NCBI GenBank assembly: GCA_049287205.1 | Contig: JBAQFJ010000001.1 | Span: 703,041 to 767,040 of the forward strand | Source of the DNA: Microgenomates group bacterium | GTDB taxonomy: Bacteria > Patescibacteriota > Microgenomatia > UBA10105 > UBA927 | Length of the DNA stretch: 64,000 nt | Reading direction: 5' to 3' | Shown: one piece after another, positions 19,853 through 29,033 of the stretch | Layout of the letters: each line of letters starts with the position of its first letter | How positions within the stretch are numbered: the first letter of the stretch is position 1 | Made by a program: the position numbers and the translations under genes | Notes under the pieces: model-generated | Told to the model about the DNA's origin: nothing | Databases searched by the model: none | The model's input: the letters and a program-made list of their open reading frames with translations, nothing else

Positions 19853-20187
19853 ATAGTTATTCCTCCCTCACGAACCGTATCTGCAATTTGTTTCACAACG
19901 CCATGATATTTATATCCGCCTCTGTCAAACACCATGCTCCGAATATTTTTGGCTTTTGCTTTTTTTGTTATTTCTCCCCCAAGTTTCTTCGCGCTTTCGA
20001 TATTTTTTCCTTCACCCTGTACAGAGAATAGTGTCACTTTTTTCTCATCGTCAATGATCTGTACAGTCAATTTTTGATTTGAACGGTACACGGAAAGTCG
20101 AGGCCGTGATTCAGACCCGCGGACTTTTGCCCGAATTCTTGCGACTCGTTTTGATTGAATTAATTTTTTTGAAATTCTTTTTAACAT
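19849..20187 (-). CDS. rplR: 50S ribosomal protein L18
   Basis: 'RPRLSVYRSNQ', 'FDRGGYKYHG'. Confidence 0.9.
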   Translation of the reverse strand: MLKRISKKLIQSKRVARIRAKVRGSESRPRLSVYRSNQKLTVQIIDDEKKVTLFSVQGEGKNIESAKKLGGEITKKAKAKNIRSMVFDRGGYKYHGVVKQIADTVREGGITI

Positions 20188-20201
20188 ACGTATTATCTCC
20201 C

Positions 20202-20759
20202 TTATTTAGCGGCACCTGCACCGCCAATTGCTTTTGCTGATTTTCCTGCTTTCTTTCGAATGTGTTCTCCAACGTATTTAATTCCTTTTCCTTTGTATGG
20301 TTCAGGTTTCCTGACTTCCCGTATATTTGCGGCAATTTGTCCGACAATTTGTTTATTAATTCCTGACACCACAATCTTTCCTTCGACAACTGCAATCGTG
20401 ATTCCTTCTGGTGGCGTAACCGTCACCTGATGAGAAAATCCGACATTTAACACAAGATTATTTCCGGCCATAGTCGCCCGATATCCGACTCCAGCAAGTT
20501 CCAATGATTTTGTCCACCCAGTGGTAACACCTGTCACCATGTTGGCAATTTCAGCTCTCACAAATCCATGCAATGCATTGTGGTTTGAGTCCTGTTTTTC
20601 AGTGGTAACGGTCAAAACATGATCTTTATCTTCCACGGTTATGTCGTCAGGAATAACAAATGTTAATTGACCTTTTGCCCCTTTTACCACGAGTATCTTT
20701 CCATCAATAGTAATGGTTGCATCTTTATATTCAATTGGTGCTGCTCCTATTCGTGACAT
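20202..20759 (-). CDS. rplF: 50S ribosomal protein L6
   Basis: 'MSRIGAAPIEY'; duplicated L6 fold; start trimmed to 20759. Confidence 0.9.
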   Translation of the reverse strand: MSRIGAAPIEYKDATITIDGKILVVKGAKGQLTFVIPDDITVEDKDHVLTVTTEKQDSNHNALHGFVRAEIANMVTGVTTGWTKSLELAGVGYRATMAGNNLVLNVGFSHQVTVTPPEGITIAVVEGKIVVSGINKQIVGQIAANIREVRKPEPYKGKGIKYVGEHIRKKAGKSAKAIGGAGAAK

Positions 20760-20770
20760 AATTTCCCCTT

Positions 20771-21163
20771 TTACCAAACTTCACACAATAATTCTCCGCC
20801 GATTCCCAGTTTTTTTGCTGCTCTACCTGTCATCATTCCTTGTGACGTAGAAAGAATCGCCGTTCCCATTCCGCTAAATACGCGTGGTATTTCATTTTTA
20901 TCAATGTACCAACGAAGTCCCGGTTTGCTTATGCGTTTGACACCTGTTATTGCGGATGCTCCGTCAACTTCCCGAAGGTTAATGTGCAAAATAAATTTTG
21001 GTTCTGTTCCTGTTTTTTTCATGCTATCGATATATTTTTCAGCCACCAGAATTTCTCCGAGTGCAGCTTTCATATTTGAGTATGGCAAATCCAAACTCTT
21101 TCTTCCCGCTGCTGCGGCATTCTTTATCTGTATTAACATGTCTCCAATAGGATCATTTACCAT
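20771..21163 (-). CDS. rpsH: 30S ribosomal protein S8
   Basis: 'MVNDPIGDMLIQIKNA'. Confidence 0.9.
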   Translation of the reverse strand: MVNDPIGDMLIQIKNAAAAGRKSLDLPYSNMKAALGEILVAEKYIDSMKKTGTEPKFILHINLREVDGASAITGVKRISKPGLRWYIDKNEIPRVFSGMGTAILSTSQGMMTGRAAKKLGIGGELLCEVW

Positions 21164-21176
21164 AATGTATTCCCCT

Positions 21177-21362
21177 TTACCACGATGCTTTTACTACTCC
21201 TGGCAATTCGCCTTTATGTGCAAGATCCCGAAAACAAATCCTGCAAACACCAAATTTTCTCATATATGCCCGTGATCTTCCACAAAGATTACACCGATTT
21301 TTATGTCGGACTGCAAACTTTTGTTTCGTATCAAACTTCACGACATCAGATGTTTTTGCCAT
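21177..21362 (-). CDS. rpsZ: 30S ribosomal protein S14, type Z (zinc-binding, 61 aa)
   Basis: '[22 protein letters not shown]' CxxC-x12-CxxC; start trimmed to 'MAKTSD' at 21362. Confidence 0.85.
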   Translation of the reverse strand: MAKTSDVVKFDTKQKFAVRHKNRCNLCGRSRAYMRKFGVCRICFRDLAHKGELPGVVKASW

Positions 21363-21369
21363 AATTTCC

Positions 21370-21909
21370 TTACGCCGCAAACGGCATTCCTAATAATTGT
21401 AATAATTTTTTTGCTTCTTCGTCTTTTTCTGCGCTTGTGACAAATGTTGCTTCAAATCCGCGTACCCTGTCAACGACCGCGTACTCAAGGTCGGGAAATA
21501 TTGTCTGCTCCGCAATACCCATGGTGTAATTCCCACGTCCATCAAAACCTTTTGTCGGAATTCCCCGAAAATCACGGACACGAGGAAGTGCGATTCCGAC
21601 TAGTCTTGAGATAAAATCATACATGCGTTTTCCGCGAAGTGTGACTTTTACTCCGATAATATCGTTTTCTCTGAGTTTAAAAGATGAGATGGCAATCTTT
21701 GCCTTTGTAATCACCGGTTTTTGTCCGGTAATAAGTCCTAATTGCTCTGCTACTTTATCAGCAATTTTTTTATCTTTTAATGCTTCACCAAGTCCGCAGT
21801 TAATCACCACTTTTAACAGTTTTGGCACTGCCATCTTGTTTGTAATACCAAGCTCGGTCATGAGCTTTGGCACTAATTCTTCACGATATTGTTTTTCCAA
21901 GGTTGTCAT
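21370..21909 (-). CDS. rplE: 50S ribosomal protein L5
   Basis: 179 aa, 'NCGLGEA', '[19 protein letters not shown]'. Confidence 0.9.
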   Translation of the reverse strand: MTTLEKQYREELVPKLMTELGITNKMAVPKLLKVVINCGLGEALKDKKIADKVAEQLGLITGQKPVITKAKIAISSFKLRENDIIGVKVTLRGKRMYDFISRLVGIALPRVRDFRGIPTKGFDGRGNYTMGIAEQTIFPDLEYAVVDRVRGFEATFVTSAEKDEEAKKLLQLLGMPFAA

Positions 21910-21911
21910 AG

Positions 21912-22217
21912 TTATATTTTTGCTTCACATTTTTTACATACCCGATACTTGTCACTCGCTGAGACCACATAACCGATTCTTGTCTGTTTGCCGCACTTCG
22001 GACATACAATGGCAATCTTTCCTGCGTCGAGTGGTCGTGGTTTTTCGATAATGCCACCTGGGTGTTTATCGTCACGACGTTTTGTATGTCGTTTATAGAT
22101 ATTCATGCCGGCAACTACCACTTTATTCAAAGCTGGCAGTACTGCATCAATTTTACCTTTTCGACCTTTATCTTTTCCGATTGTTACGATGATTTCATCA
22201 CCTTTTTTAAATTTCAT
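21912..22217 (-). CDS. rplX: 50S ribosomal protein L24 with C-terminal CxxC...CxxC
   Basis: KOW motif 'KKGDEIIVTIGKDKGRKGKI'; C-terminal 'CPKCGK...CKKCE'. Confidence 0.9.
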   Translation of the reverse strand: MKFKKGDEIIVTIGKDKGRKGKIDAVLPALNKVVVAGMNIYKRHTKRRDDKHPGGIIEKPRPLDAGKIAIVCPKCGKQTRIGYVVSASDKYRVCKKCEAKI

Positions 22218-22219
22218 AG

Positions 22220-22588
22220 TTAAAACATCTCCAAAGACATACTGGCTATTTTATCAAAACCTTTTTCTTTAATTTCGCGTGCAATAGGTCCGAAAATACG
22301 GGTTCCCCGTGGATTGCCGTCTGCATCCACTACCACTCCAGCGTTTTCATCAAACCGAATATATGATCCGTCTGATCTCCGATATTCTTTATGTGTACGG
22401 ACGATAATAACCTTTACGAGCTCATCGTCTTTGACGATTCCTGTCGGATCAGCTTTTTTCACGACACACTGCACAAGATCACCTAAGCTTGCAAATTTTC
22501 GAAGTGACGAACCATAAATATGGGTCACTGTCATCCACTGCACACCGCTGTTATCTGCTGACTTTAATTCTGTTCTTCGTTGAATCAT
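22220..22588 (-). CDS. rplN: 50S ribosomal protein L14
   Basis: 'MIQRRTELKSADNSG'. Confidence 0.9.
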   Translation of the reverse strand: MIQRRTELKSADNSGVQWMTVTHIYGSSLRKFASLGDLVQCVVKKADPTGIVKDDELVKVIIVRTHKEYRRSDGSYIRFDENAGVVVDADGNPRGTRIFGPIAREIKEKGFDKIASMSLEMF

Positions 22589-22589
22589 A

Positions 22590-22835
22590 TTATGCCTTTA
22601 CAATAAATCGTTTCAATTTACTCATTGGTCGTGTTTCAGTAATCGTTACTGTATCGCCTACTGCAACTGCATCACTTTCTGAGTGTACTAAATACCGTTT
22701 TGTTGTCCGTGTTGCTTTCCTGTATAACGGATGTCTGAACATATGTGCAATTTCCACAACAATCGTTTTATTCATTTTCTTAGAAATGACTTTTCCCGTT
22801 AATTCTTTTCCTTTGGTTGATTTTTCAGTTGCCAT
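22590..22835 (-). CDS. rpsQ: 30S ribosomal protein S17
   Basis: 'LTGKVISKKMNKTIVVEI'. Confidence 0.9.
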   Translation of the reverse strand: MATEKSTKGKELTGKVISKKMNKTIVVEIAHMFRHPLYRKATRTTKRYLVHSESDAVAVGDTVTITETRPMSKLKRFIVKA

Positions 22836-22839
22836 ACAA

Positions 22840-23058
22840 TTATTTCTCCTTTACAACTTCTGTCATGGATACATCATGTAGTCGTGTGTTTATCATTGCA
22901 ACTTTCAATCGAAGCGCAGTGATTACACGGACATTTTTCATCGGTTTTGTATATTTATCCAGTTCAATTGTCGTAATCTGTTTTTTCAGATCTCGCAATT
23001 GACTTGTGAGTTCCGTTTTTGACATCGATACGATCTGTTGTTTATCTTTTTGTTTCAT
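22840..23058 (-). CDS. rpmC: 50S ribosomal protein L29
   Basis: 72 aa helical protein 'LRDLKKQITTIELDK' in the canonical position. Confidence 0.85.
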   Translation of the reverse strand: MKQKDKQQIVSMSKTELTSQLRDLKKQITTIELDKYTKPMKNVRVITALRLKVAMINTRLHDVSMTEVVKEK

Positions 23059-23064
23059 ATGCGT

Positions 23065-23475
23065 TTAGTTTTCTTTAATGACAAATTTTGTTAACACCGG
23101 TAATTTTGCTGATGCAAGACGCATTGCCTCTTTTGCATCTGCCATAGCAACTCCGCCCATTTCAAACATAATACGCCCCGGTTTTACGACGGCTACAAAT
23201 TCATGCACATCGCCTTTTCCGCTTCCCATTCTGGTTTCCGGTGGTTTCTTCGTCATTGGCTTGTGTGGAAAAATACGAATCCAAATTCTTCCGCCACGTT
23301 TTACGTAATGAGTTAATGCACGACGCGCTGCCTCAATCTGACGACTTGATACCCATCCGCATGTTGTTGCTTTAAGCCCAAATTCTCCAAAGTCCACATT
23401 GCTGCCACGTATGGCAACTCCACCCATTTTTCCTCTAAATTCTTTTCGATGTTTTGCTCGTCGTGGTGCTAACAT
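23065..23475 (-). CDS. rplP: 50S ribosomal protein L16
   Basis: '[19 protein letters not shown]'. Confidence 0.9.
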   Translation of the reverse strand: MLAPRRAKHRKEFRGKMGGVAIRGSNVDFGEFGLKATTCGWVSSRQIEAARRALTHYVKRGGRIWIRIFPHKPMTKKPPETRMGSGKGDVHEFVAVVKPGRIMFEMGGVAMADAKEAMRLASAKLPVLTKFVIKEN

Positions 23476-23480
23476 ATATT

Positions 23481-24158
23481 TTATTTTTTACAAATCCACA
23501 CTTTTACTCCGATATATCCTGATTTCGTAAGTGACGGTACTGCTGCAAAATCAACATTTTCCCTGATGGTTGACAAAGGCACTGTTCCAGCACCGAATTT
23601 TTCATGCCGTGCGATTTCTGCTCCTGCGATACGACCGGATAATGCAATCTTTACTCCGCCGGCTCCTGCTCCCATAACCCGTTCTAACGCCTGATTACAT
23701 GCGCGCTTATGTGGAATACGTCGTGCAAGTTGATCTGCGATCGTCGTTGCCACTAAGTATGCACTTAAATTTGGTTCTTTTACCGGTTCAACAACGATTT
23801 CGATTTTTGATTTCGCTGTATCTCCGGAAAATTTCTTATGTAATGTTATTGCGCGTTTTGCTTCAAATTTATGCAAAAATCTTTCCACTGCTTTCTTCAT
23901 TTCTTCAAGTCCGCTTCCGCCCCGTCCGATGACAAGTCCTGGTCTTGACACTCTGATAATAATTTTCATCTTGTTAATTGAACGTTCAATATCCACTTGC
24001 TCAAGGCCAGCATTTTTGAGTTTGCTGAAAATATATTTCCGGAGAGACACATCCTCAAACAGGAATTCTTTGTATCTCTTGCTGTCAGCAAACCATCTGG
24101 ATGTCCAGCCGAATACAACGCCGATTCTAAACCCTTTTGGATGAACTTTTTGTCCCAT
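23481..24158 (-). CDS. rpsC: 30S ribosomal protein S3
   Basis: '[14 protein letters not shown]', KH domain. Confidence 0.9.
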   Translation of the reverse strand: MGQKVHPKGFRIGVVFGWTSRWFADSKRYKEFLFEDVSLRKYIFSKLKNAGLEQVDIERSINKMKIIIRVSRPGLVIGRGGSGLEEMKKAVERFLHKFEAKRAITLHKKFSGDTAKSKIEIVVEPVKEPNLSAYLVATTIADQLARRIPHKRACNQALERVMGAGAGGVKIALSGRIAGAEIARHEKFGAGTVPLSTIRENVDFAAVPSLTKSGYIGVKVWICKK

Positions 24159-24161
24159 ACG

Positions 24162-24500
24162 TTATTTCGCTCCTTTTTCTTCAATCACAATACGTGCATG
24201 CGTCATTCTTTTTTTGTAGGAATGTGCCATTCCCCGTGAAACAGCTCGAAACCGTTTCATGGAAGGCCCACCCATAACTTCCAGTTGTTTAATATCCAAT
24301 GTACCTGCTTCCGCAACTGTTTTTCTCGCATTGGCAACTGCTGATAAAAGCAATTTCAAAAGTGGTGTTGCTGCATCTTTTGGCATCATTTGGAGTGCGA
24401 CGATAGCTTTATCTACGGATAGTCCGCGGATAGCATCTGCAACAAGTCTCACCTTGCGAGTGCTCATTCTGATATATTTTGCTGTTGCTTCGTATTCCAT
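24162..24500 (-). CDS. rplV: 50S ribosomal protein L22
   Basis: 'AKYIRMSTRKVRLVADAIRG'. Confidence 0.9.
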   Translation of the reverse strand: MEYEATAKYIRMSTRKVRLVADAIRGLSVDKAIVALQMMPKDAATPLLKLLLSAVANARKTVAEAGTLDIKQLEVMGGPSMKRFRAVSRGMAHSYKKRMTHARIVIEEKGAK

Positions 24501-24512
24501 ATATATAAATTG

Positions 24513-24797
24513 TTAGGTTTTATCCATGGTTCGCTTTGTCACTTGTCCGTGTCCTCTAAATGTTCGGGTTGGAGAAAATTCTCCAAGCCTGTGACCCACC
24601 ATTGATTCGTTTACAAATACTTCGACAAATATTCTTCCGTTATGTACACCAAATGTGTGTCCGACGAAATCCGGCGGAATTTGGCATGCGCGTGACCATG
24701 TTTTGATAGACGAATGATCGCCACCTGCTTTTTGTTTCAGCACTTTTGCCAAAACGCGTTTATCAATATATGGTCCTTTTTTGCTTGAACGTGCCAT
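24513..24797 (-). CDS. rpsS: 30S ribosomal protein S19
   Basis: '[12 protein letters not shown]', '[10 protein letters not shown]', '[16 protein letters not shown]'. Confidence 0.9.
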   Translation of the reverse strand: MARSSKKGPYIDKRVLAKVLKQKAGGDHSSIKTWSRACQIPPDFVGHTFGVHNGRIFVEVFVNESMVGHRLGEFSPTRTFRGHGQVTKRTMDKT

Positions 24798-24811
24798 AAT
24801 ATCCTTCTTTC

Positions 24812-25576
24812 TTATTTCTTTTTTCGCGACAGAATAAATCGATCGCTGTATTTTTTCTTTTTTCGTGTTTTATTTCCAAGTGTCGGCTTTCCCCAAGGGC
24901 TTTTTGGTGACGGCATACCGATTCCGCTTTTTCCTTCTCCTCCGCCGTGCGGATGAGAACGTGGATTTTGTGCCACACCTCTGACTGTTGGCCTGATACC
25001 CATGTGGCGGCTTCGACCTGCTTTGCCAATCACTCTATTTTTCCATTCTGTGTTGCTGATCTGTCCGACTGTTGCACGGCATGTTTCCGGAAACAATCGT
25101 GTTTCACCTGATGGTAATTTTATTTGCACTTTCCCGGCATCTTTTGAAAGAACAGTTGCAAATGTCCCTGCTGACCTGATCATTTGTGCACCATGTCCAG
25201 CTTTAATCTCGATATTGTGCACAAATGTACCAACCGGAATTGCAGATAACGGCATCGTGTTCCCTAAACTTGCTTCCACTTTATTTCCGCTCACCACAGT
25301 GTCCCCGACTTTGATTCCGACAGGAGCCACGATATATCGCTTTTCCCCGTCCAAGTAACTGACAAGTGCAACATCCGCACTTCTGTTTGGATCATATTCA
25401 ACTGCGACTATTGTTGCTTTCATGTCATCTTTCGTCCTAAGCCAGTCAATAGTTCTGTACATTCGCTTGTGTCGTCCACCTTGGTGCCTGACTGCTACAT
25501 GACCACGAACATCACGACCGGATTGCTTCGGAAGTAATGTAAATAGTTTCTTTGCTTTTTTAACAGTCTGTTTCAT
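24812..25576 (-). CDS. rplB: 50S ribosomal protein L2
   Basis: 'GRNN.G.IT.RH.GGGHK', '[10 protein letters not shown]'. Confidence 0.9.
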   Translation of the reverse strand: MKQTVKKAKKLFTLLPKQSGRDVRGHVAVRHQGGRHKRMYRTIDWLRTKDDMKATIVAVEYDPNRSADVALVSYLDGEKRYIVAPVGIKVGDTVVSGNKVEASLGNTMPLSAIPVGTFVHNIEIKAGHGAQMIRSAGTFATVLSKDAGKVQIKLPSGETRLFPETCRATVGQISNTEWKNRVIGKAGRSRHMGIRPTVRGVAQNPRSHPHGGGEGKSGIGMPSPKSPWGKPTLGNKTRKKKKYSDRFILSRKKK

Positions 25577-25585
25577 ACATTTTTT

Positions 25586-25891
25586 TTAGGCTTTTGGTTG
25601 CTCCGCCCCAATTTGGAACGCATCAATGGTCTGCCCTTTGGCGAGGTTTACCATTGCTTTTTTCCATGTCGGCCGCAATTTCGCCTGTTGTTTTTTTCCT
25701 GCCCGCTTCATTTTTCCGTGAACGTTAATCGTCCGAATATTTATCACTTTCACTTTATACAGTTCTTCTATAGCATGCGCAATTTCCGCTTTATTTGAAA
25801 AGCTTTGAACAACAAATGTATACCAACCGCGCGTTGCGATGGTCATTGTTTTTTCTGTCAGATATGGCTTGATAATGCTTATTGTATCCAT
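25586..25891 (-). CDS. rplW: 50S ribosomal protein L23
   Basis: 'MDTISIIKPYLTEK...YTFVV.....K..I..A.E.LY.VKV'; trimmed from the 141-aa ORF to the ATG at 25891. Confidence 0.85.
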   Translation of the reverse strand: MDTISIIKPYLTEKTMTIATRGWYTFVVQSFSNKAEIAHAIEELYKVKVINIRTINVHGKMKRAGKKQQAKLRPTWKKAMVNLAKGQTIDAFQIGAEQPKA

Positions 25892-25896
25892 ATAGT

Positions 25897-26652
25897 TTAT
25901 GCCAACCGTGACTCTAATTGCTTCAATGCTTCTTTTGTGATGACTACCCGATGGCTTGTAAACACTTCGTACGTTGTGACATTCTTTGCCGGTTCCACTG
26001 TTACACAACAAATGTTACGCGCAGATTTCACCAGATTTGTATGCATATCATCAACAACTAATAATACTGATCGTGTTGCGCCGATTTTTGTAAACGCCGC
26101 TGCCACTGTTTTTGTTGCAGGCTTCGTCATTTTCGCGTCTTCCATAACAACAATTTTTTCTTCTTTCAGTTTTAATGCTAACGCGCTTTTGATTGCCGCG
26201 TTTTTCATTGACCCAGGAAAATGCAATGAATAATCTCTTGGTTGCGGTCCAAACACAATCCCTCCGCCGACAAATATTGGCGCTCTGATGCTCCCATGCC
26301 TGGCTCTTCCTGTTCCTTTTTGCTTATAAATTTTCCGTGTTGATCCTTCAACCTTCCCTCGTGTTTTTGTTGATGCTGATCCTTCCCGTTGATTGGCAAG
26401 ATATACACGTACCGCCTGAGCAATAAGTTGCATATTGACATCACCACCAAACAATGCCGCAGGTGCTGCCACTATTCCTGATTTTGTACCTGTCACGTCA
26501 TACACAACAAGTGATTGTTTATCCGTTTTTGCTTCCGTAGCCGCGTTTGATGCGGTTTCTTTCGCCGCTTTTACCGTATCCACTGTTTTATCAGCTGCCT
26601 TTTTTGGGGCTGCTGCCTTTTTTGCGATGGTTGGTTTTTTGCCTGTTGCCAT
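25897..26652 (-). CDS. rplD: 50S ribosomal protein L4 with Lys/Ala-rich N-terminal extension (about 45 aa)
   Basis: L4 core 'QKGTGRARHGSIRAPIFVGGG..FGP'. Confidence 0.9.
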   Translation of the reverse strand: MATGKKPTIAKKAAAPKKAADKTVDTVKAAKETASNAATEAKTDKQSLVVYDVTGTKSGIVAAPAALFGGDVNMQLIAQAVRVYLANQREGSASTKTRGKVEGSTRKIYKQKGTGRARHGSIRAPIFVGGGIVFGPQPRDYSLHFPGSMKNAAIKSALALKLKEEKIVVMEDAKMTKPATKTVAAAFTKIGATRSVLLVVDDMHTNLVKSARNICCVTVEPAKNVTTYEVFTSHRVVITKEALKQLESRLA

Positions 26653-26656
26653 AGGT

Positions 26657-27280
26657 TTATTTTTCTTTTGCGATTGTCACGAGTGTATCTTTTGGTCCTG
26701 GAATAAGCCCTGAAACAATAAGTATATGTGTGTCAGCTTCAATACCCATAACTTTCAGCCCCTTCACCGTCACCGTATCACTTCCCATGCGTCCTGCCAT
26801 TCGTTTGCCCTTAAATACTCGTCCCGGTGTGGTTGTTGCTCCAATAGATCCAGGTGAGCGTTCTTTATCTGATTGTCCGTGAGTTTTTGGACCACCGGCA
26901 AATCCATGTCGTTTCACTACTCCTGCAAAACCTTTTCCTTTTGAAATTCCCGTTGCTCTGATGACATCACCAATTGCAAAAACATCAGCAATATTGATTT
27001 CTTTTCCTACTTGCCAATCTTCAGGAATTGAGTCTACTCTGATACTACGTAAAAAGCGAAGCTTTTGTGTGAGCCCCGCTTTCTTTAGATGTCCTTCTTC
27101 TGCTTTTGTGATATTTCGTTTTGTTCCAAATCCAAGCTGAATATTCGTATAGTTTTCGGTTTTATCAATTGCTGTTATCCAACATGGACCGGTCTCAACA
27201 TGTGTGACGGAATGCCGCATTCCATCTTCAGAAAAGATCTGCGTTTGCTTTTTCTTGATTCCTAATAGTGCACCTAACAT
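26657..27280 (-). CDS. rplC: 50S ribosomal protein L3
   Basis: 'MLGALLGIKKKQTQIFSEDG', 'GKGFAGVVKRHGF'. Confidence 0.9.
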   Translation of the reverse strand: MLGALLGIKKKQTQIFSEDGMRHSVTHVETGPCWITAIDKTENYTNIQLGFGTKRNITKAEEGHLKKAGLTQKLRFLRSIRVDSIPEDWQVGKEINIADVFAIGDVIRATGISKGKGFAGVVKRHGFAGGPKTHGQSDKERSPGSIGATTTPGRVFKGKRMAGRMGSDTVTVKGLKVMGIEADTHILIVSGLIPGPKDTLVTIAKEK

Positions 27281-27289
27281 AATTTTTTC

Positions 27290-27317
27290 AAAAAAAACGA
27301 CCTCGGATGGGTCGTTT
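27290..27317 (-). terminator. Hairpin and U8 tract immediately upstream of the rplC start codon (leader terminator or attenuator)
   Basis: Minus strand 'aaacgacc-catccga-ggtcgttt' followed by 'ttttttt', ending 9 nt before the L3 ATG. Confidence 0.5.
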
Positions 27318-27396
27318 ACGACTTTATTTCCGAGACTTTTGGCCTAGCTCTTGGTACTGATCGTTATCATAAAATAACGCGTTCAGACAATGCGTA

Positions 27397-27425
27397 AGTA
27401 TACCAAAGTATCCCACGAATCTCAA
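27397..27425 (-). promoter_or_regulatory. Sigma70-like promoter in the rpsJ-rplC spacer
   Basis: Minus strand 'TTGAGA'-N17-'TATACT'. Confidence 0.4.
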
Positions 27426-27442
27426 CTGTTACTACATTCTAA

Positions 27443-27751
27443 TTACATTTTAATCTCAACGTCAACACCTGCAGGCAAATCAAGGTGCATCAATTGATCG
27501 ATGGTCTTATCCGTCGGTTCAATGATGTCAACCAATCGTTTATGTGTCGCAATCATGAAATCTTCACGGCTATTGCGGTCAATAAACGTCGCTTTTTGCA
27601 CGTTAAAGTGTTCCTTCGATGTTGGAAGTGGAACTGGGCCTGCTACGCGGGCACCTGTTCTTACTGCTACATCCAAGATTTTCTGGCAGCAATCGTCAAT
27701 GACTCTGCTGTCGTATGCTTTTAAACGTACGCGAATTCTACCTTTTGGCAT
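27443..27751 (-). CDS. rpsJ: 30S ribosomal protein S10
   Basis: 'RIRVRLKAYD...LD', 102 aa; 10 nt downstream of tuf. Confidence 0.9.
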   Translation of the reverse strand: MPKGRIRVRLKAYDSRVIDDCCQKILDVAVRTGARVAGPVPLPTSKEHFNVQKATFIDRNSREDFMIATHKRLVDIIEPTDKTIDQLMHLDLPAGVDVEIKM

Positions 27752-27761
27752 TGTTAAATCC

Positions 27762-28949
27762 TTACTCTATAATTTTTGTAATAACTCCAGCTCCTACCGT
27801 GTGTCCACCTTCTCGGATGGCAAATCTGACGCCTTCCTCAAGAGCTACAGGAACGATAAGTTTTGCTGTCATTTTGGTTGAGTCTCCAGGCATAACCATT
27901 TCAACTCCAGCTGGCAATGTCACCTCTCCAGTTACATCCGTTGTGCGGATGTAGAACTGTGGGCGATATCCAGTAAAGAATGGTGTATGTCGTCCACCCT
28001 CTTCTTTAGCAAGTACGATGACTTCTGCCTCAAATTGGGTATGTGGTTTCACTGATCCTGGAGCGGCAAGTACTTGTCCGCGTTCGACCTGATCTTTTTC
28101 AACACCTCGGAGTAATACTCCGATGTTGTCTCCAGCCATACCTTCGTCAAGAAGTTTTCTAAACATTTCGACTCCGGTAACAACTGTTGATGTCGTGTCT
28201 TTAATACCAACGATTTCAACGGTGTCGTTAATATGTACCTTGCCTCGATCGACACGTCCGGTAACCACTGTTCCTCGGCCTTTAATTGAGAACACGTCCT
28301 CAATAGGCATAAGGAATGGTTTATCGATTGGTCTGACTGGATCTGGAACATATTCATCCACTGTTTTCATCAAGAGTGTAATGCTTGCTTCTGCTTCTGC
28401 ATCGCCCTGAAGAGCTTTGAGAGCTGAGCCTCGAATCACAGGAATGGTGTCTCCTGGGAATCCGTATTTGGTGAGGAGTTCACGAACTTCCATTTCGACC
28501 AAATCCAAAAGTTCTTTATCCTGCACCATGTCACATTTATTCATGAAAACGATGATTGCCGGAACATTCACTTGTTTTGCAAGCAAAATATGTTCTCGGG
28601 TTTGTGGCATAGGACCATCTGGAGCGGAAACAACCAAGATTGCTCCATCCATTTGCGCAGCTCCCGTGATCATGTTTTTGACATAATCAGCATGTCCCGG
28701 AGCGTCAATGTGTGCGTAATGTCGTTTTGCAGTTTCGTATTCAGAATGATGAATGTTTATGGTGACTCCGCGTGCCTTTTCTTCAGGTGCGCTGTCAATT
28801 TCTTCATATTTGAGCGCCTTTGCCATTCCAACTTTTGAAAGAACATTGGTGATAGCTGAGGTAAGAGTGGTTTTTCCATGGTCAACGTGCCCGATGGTTC
28901 CAATATTCACGTGTGGTTTATTTCGAACGAACTTTTGTTGGTCAGCCAT
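27762..28949 (-). CDS. tuf: Elongation factor Tu
   Basis: '[16 protein letters not shown]', 'DAPGHADY', 'NKCD'; start trimmed to 'MADQQKF' at 28949 with an AGGAGG SD. Confidence 0.95.
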   Translation of the reverse strand: MADQQKFVRNKPHVNIGTIGHVDHGKTTLTSAITNVLSKVGMAKALKYEEIDSAPEEKARGVTINIHHSEYETAKRHYAHIDAPGHADYVKNMITGAAQMDGAILVVSAPDGPMPQTREHILLAKQVNVPAIIVFMNKCDMVQDKELLDLVEMEVRELLTKYGFPGDTIPVIRGSALKALQGDAEAEASITLLMKTVDEYVPDPVRPIDKPFLMPIEDVFSIKGRGTVVTGRVDRGKVHINDTVEIVGIKDTTSTVVTGVEMFRKLLDEGMAGDNIGVLLRGVEKDQVERGQVLAAPGSVKPHTQFEAEVIVLAKEEGGRHTPFFTGYRPQFYIRTTDVTGEVTLPAGVEMVMPGDSTKMTAKLIVPVALEEGVRFAIREGGHTVGAGVITKIIE

Positions 28950-29033
28950 GATTCCTCCTAAAAAAATTTTAATACGTATTTTCCAATAAAAAAACGCTGC
29001 TCGTCTTTCTGAGCTCAAATGATTGTATCATTC

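Noticed and set aside
28950-29033. Terminator between fusA and tuf
   Set aside because: A U7 tract is present but the preceding stem is at most 4 bp (around a GAGCTC palindrome). This is too weak to call, and tuf has a strong SD consistent with co-transcription.
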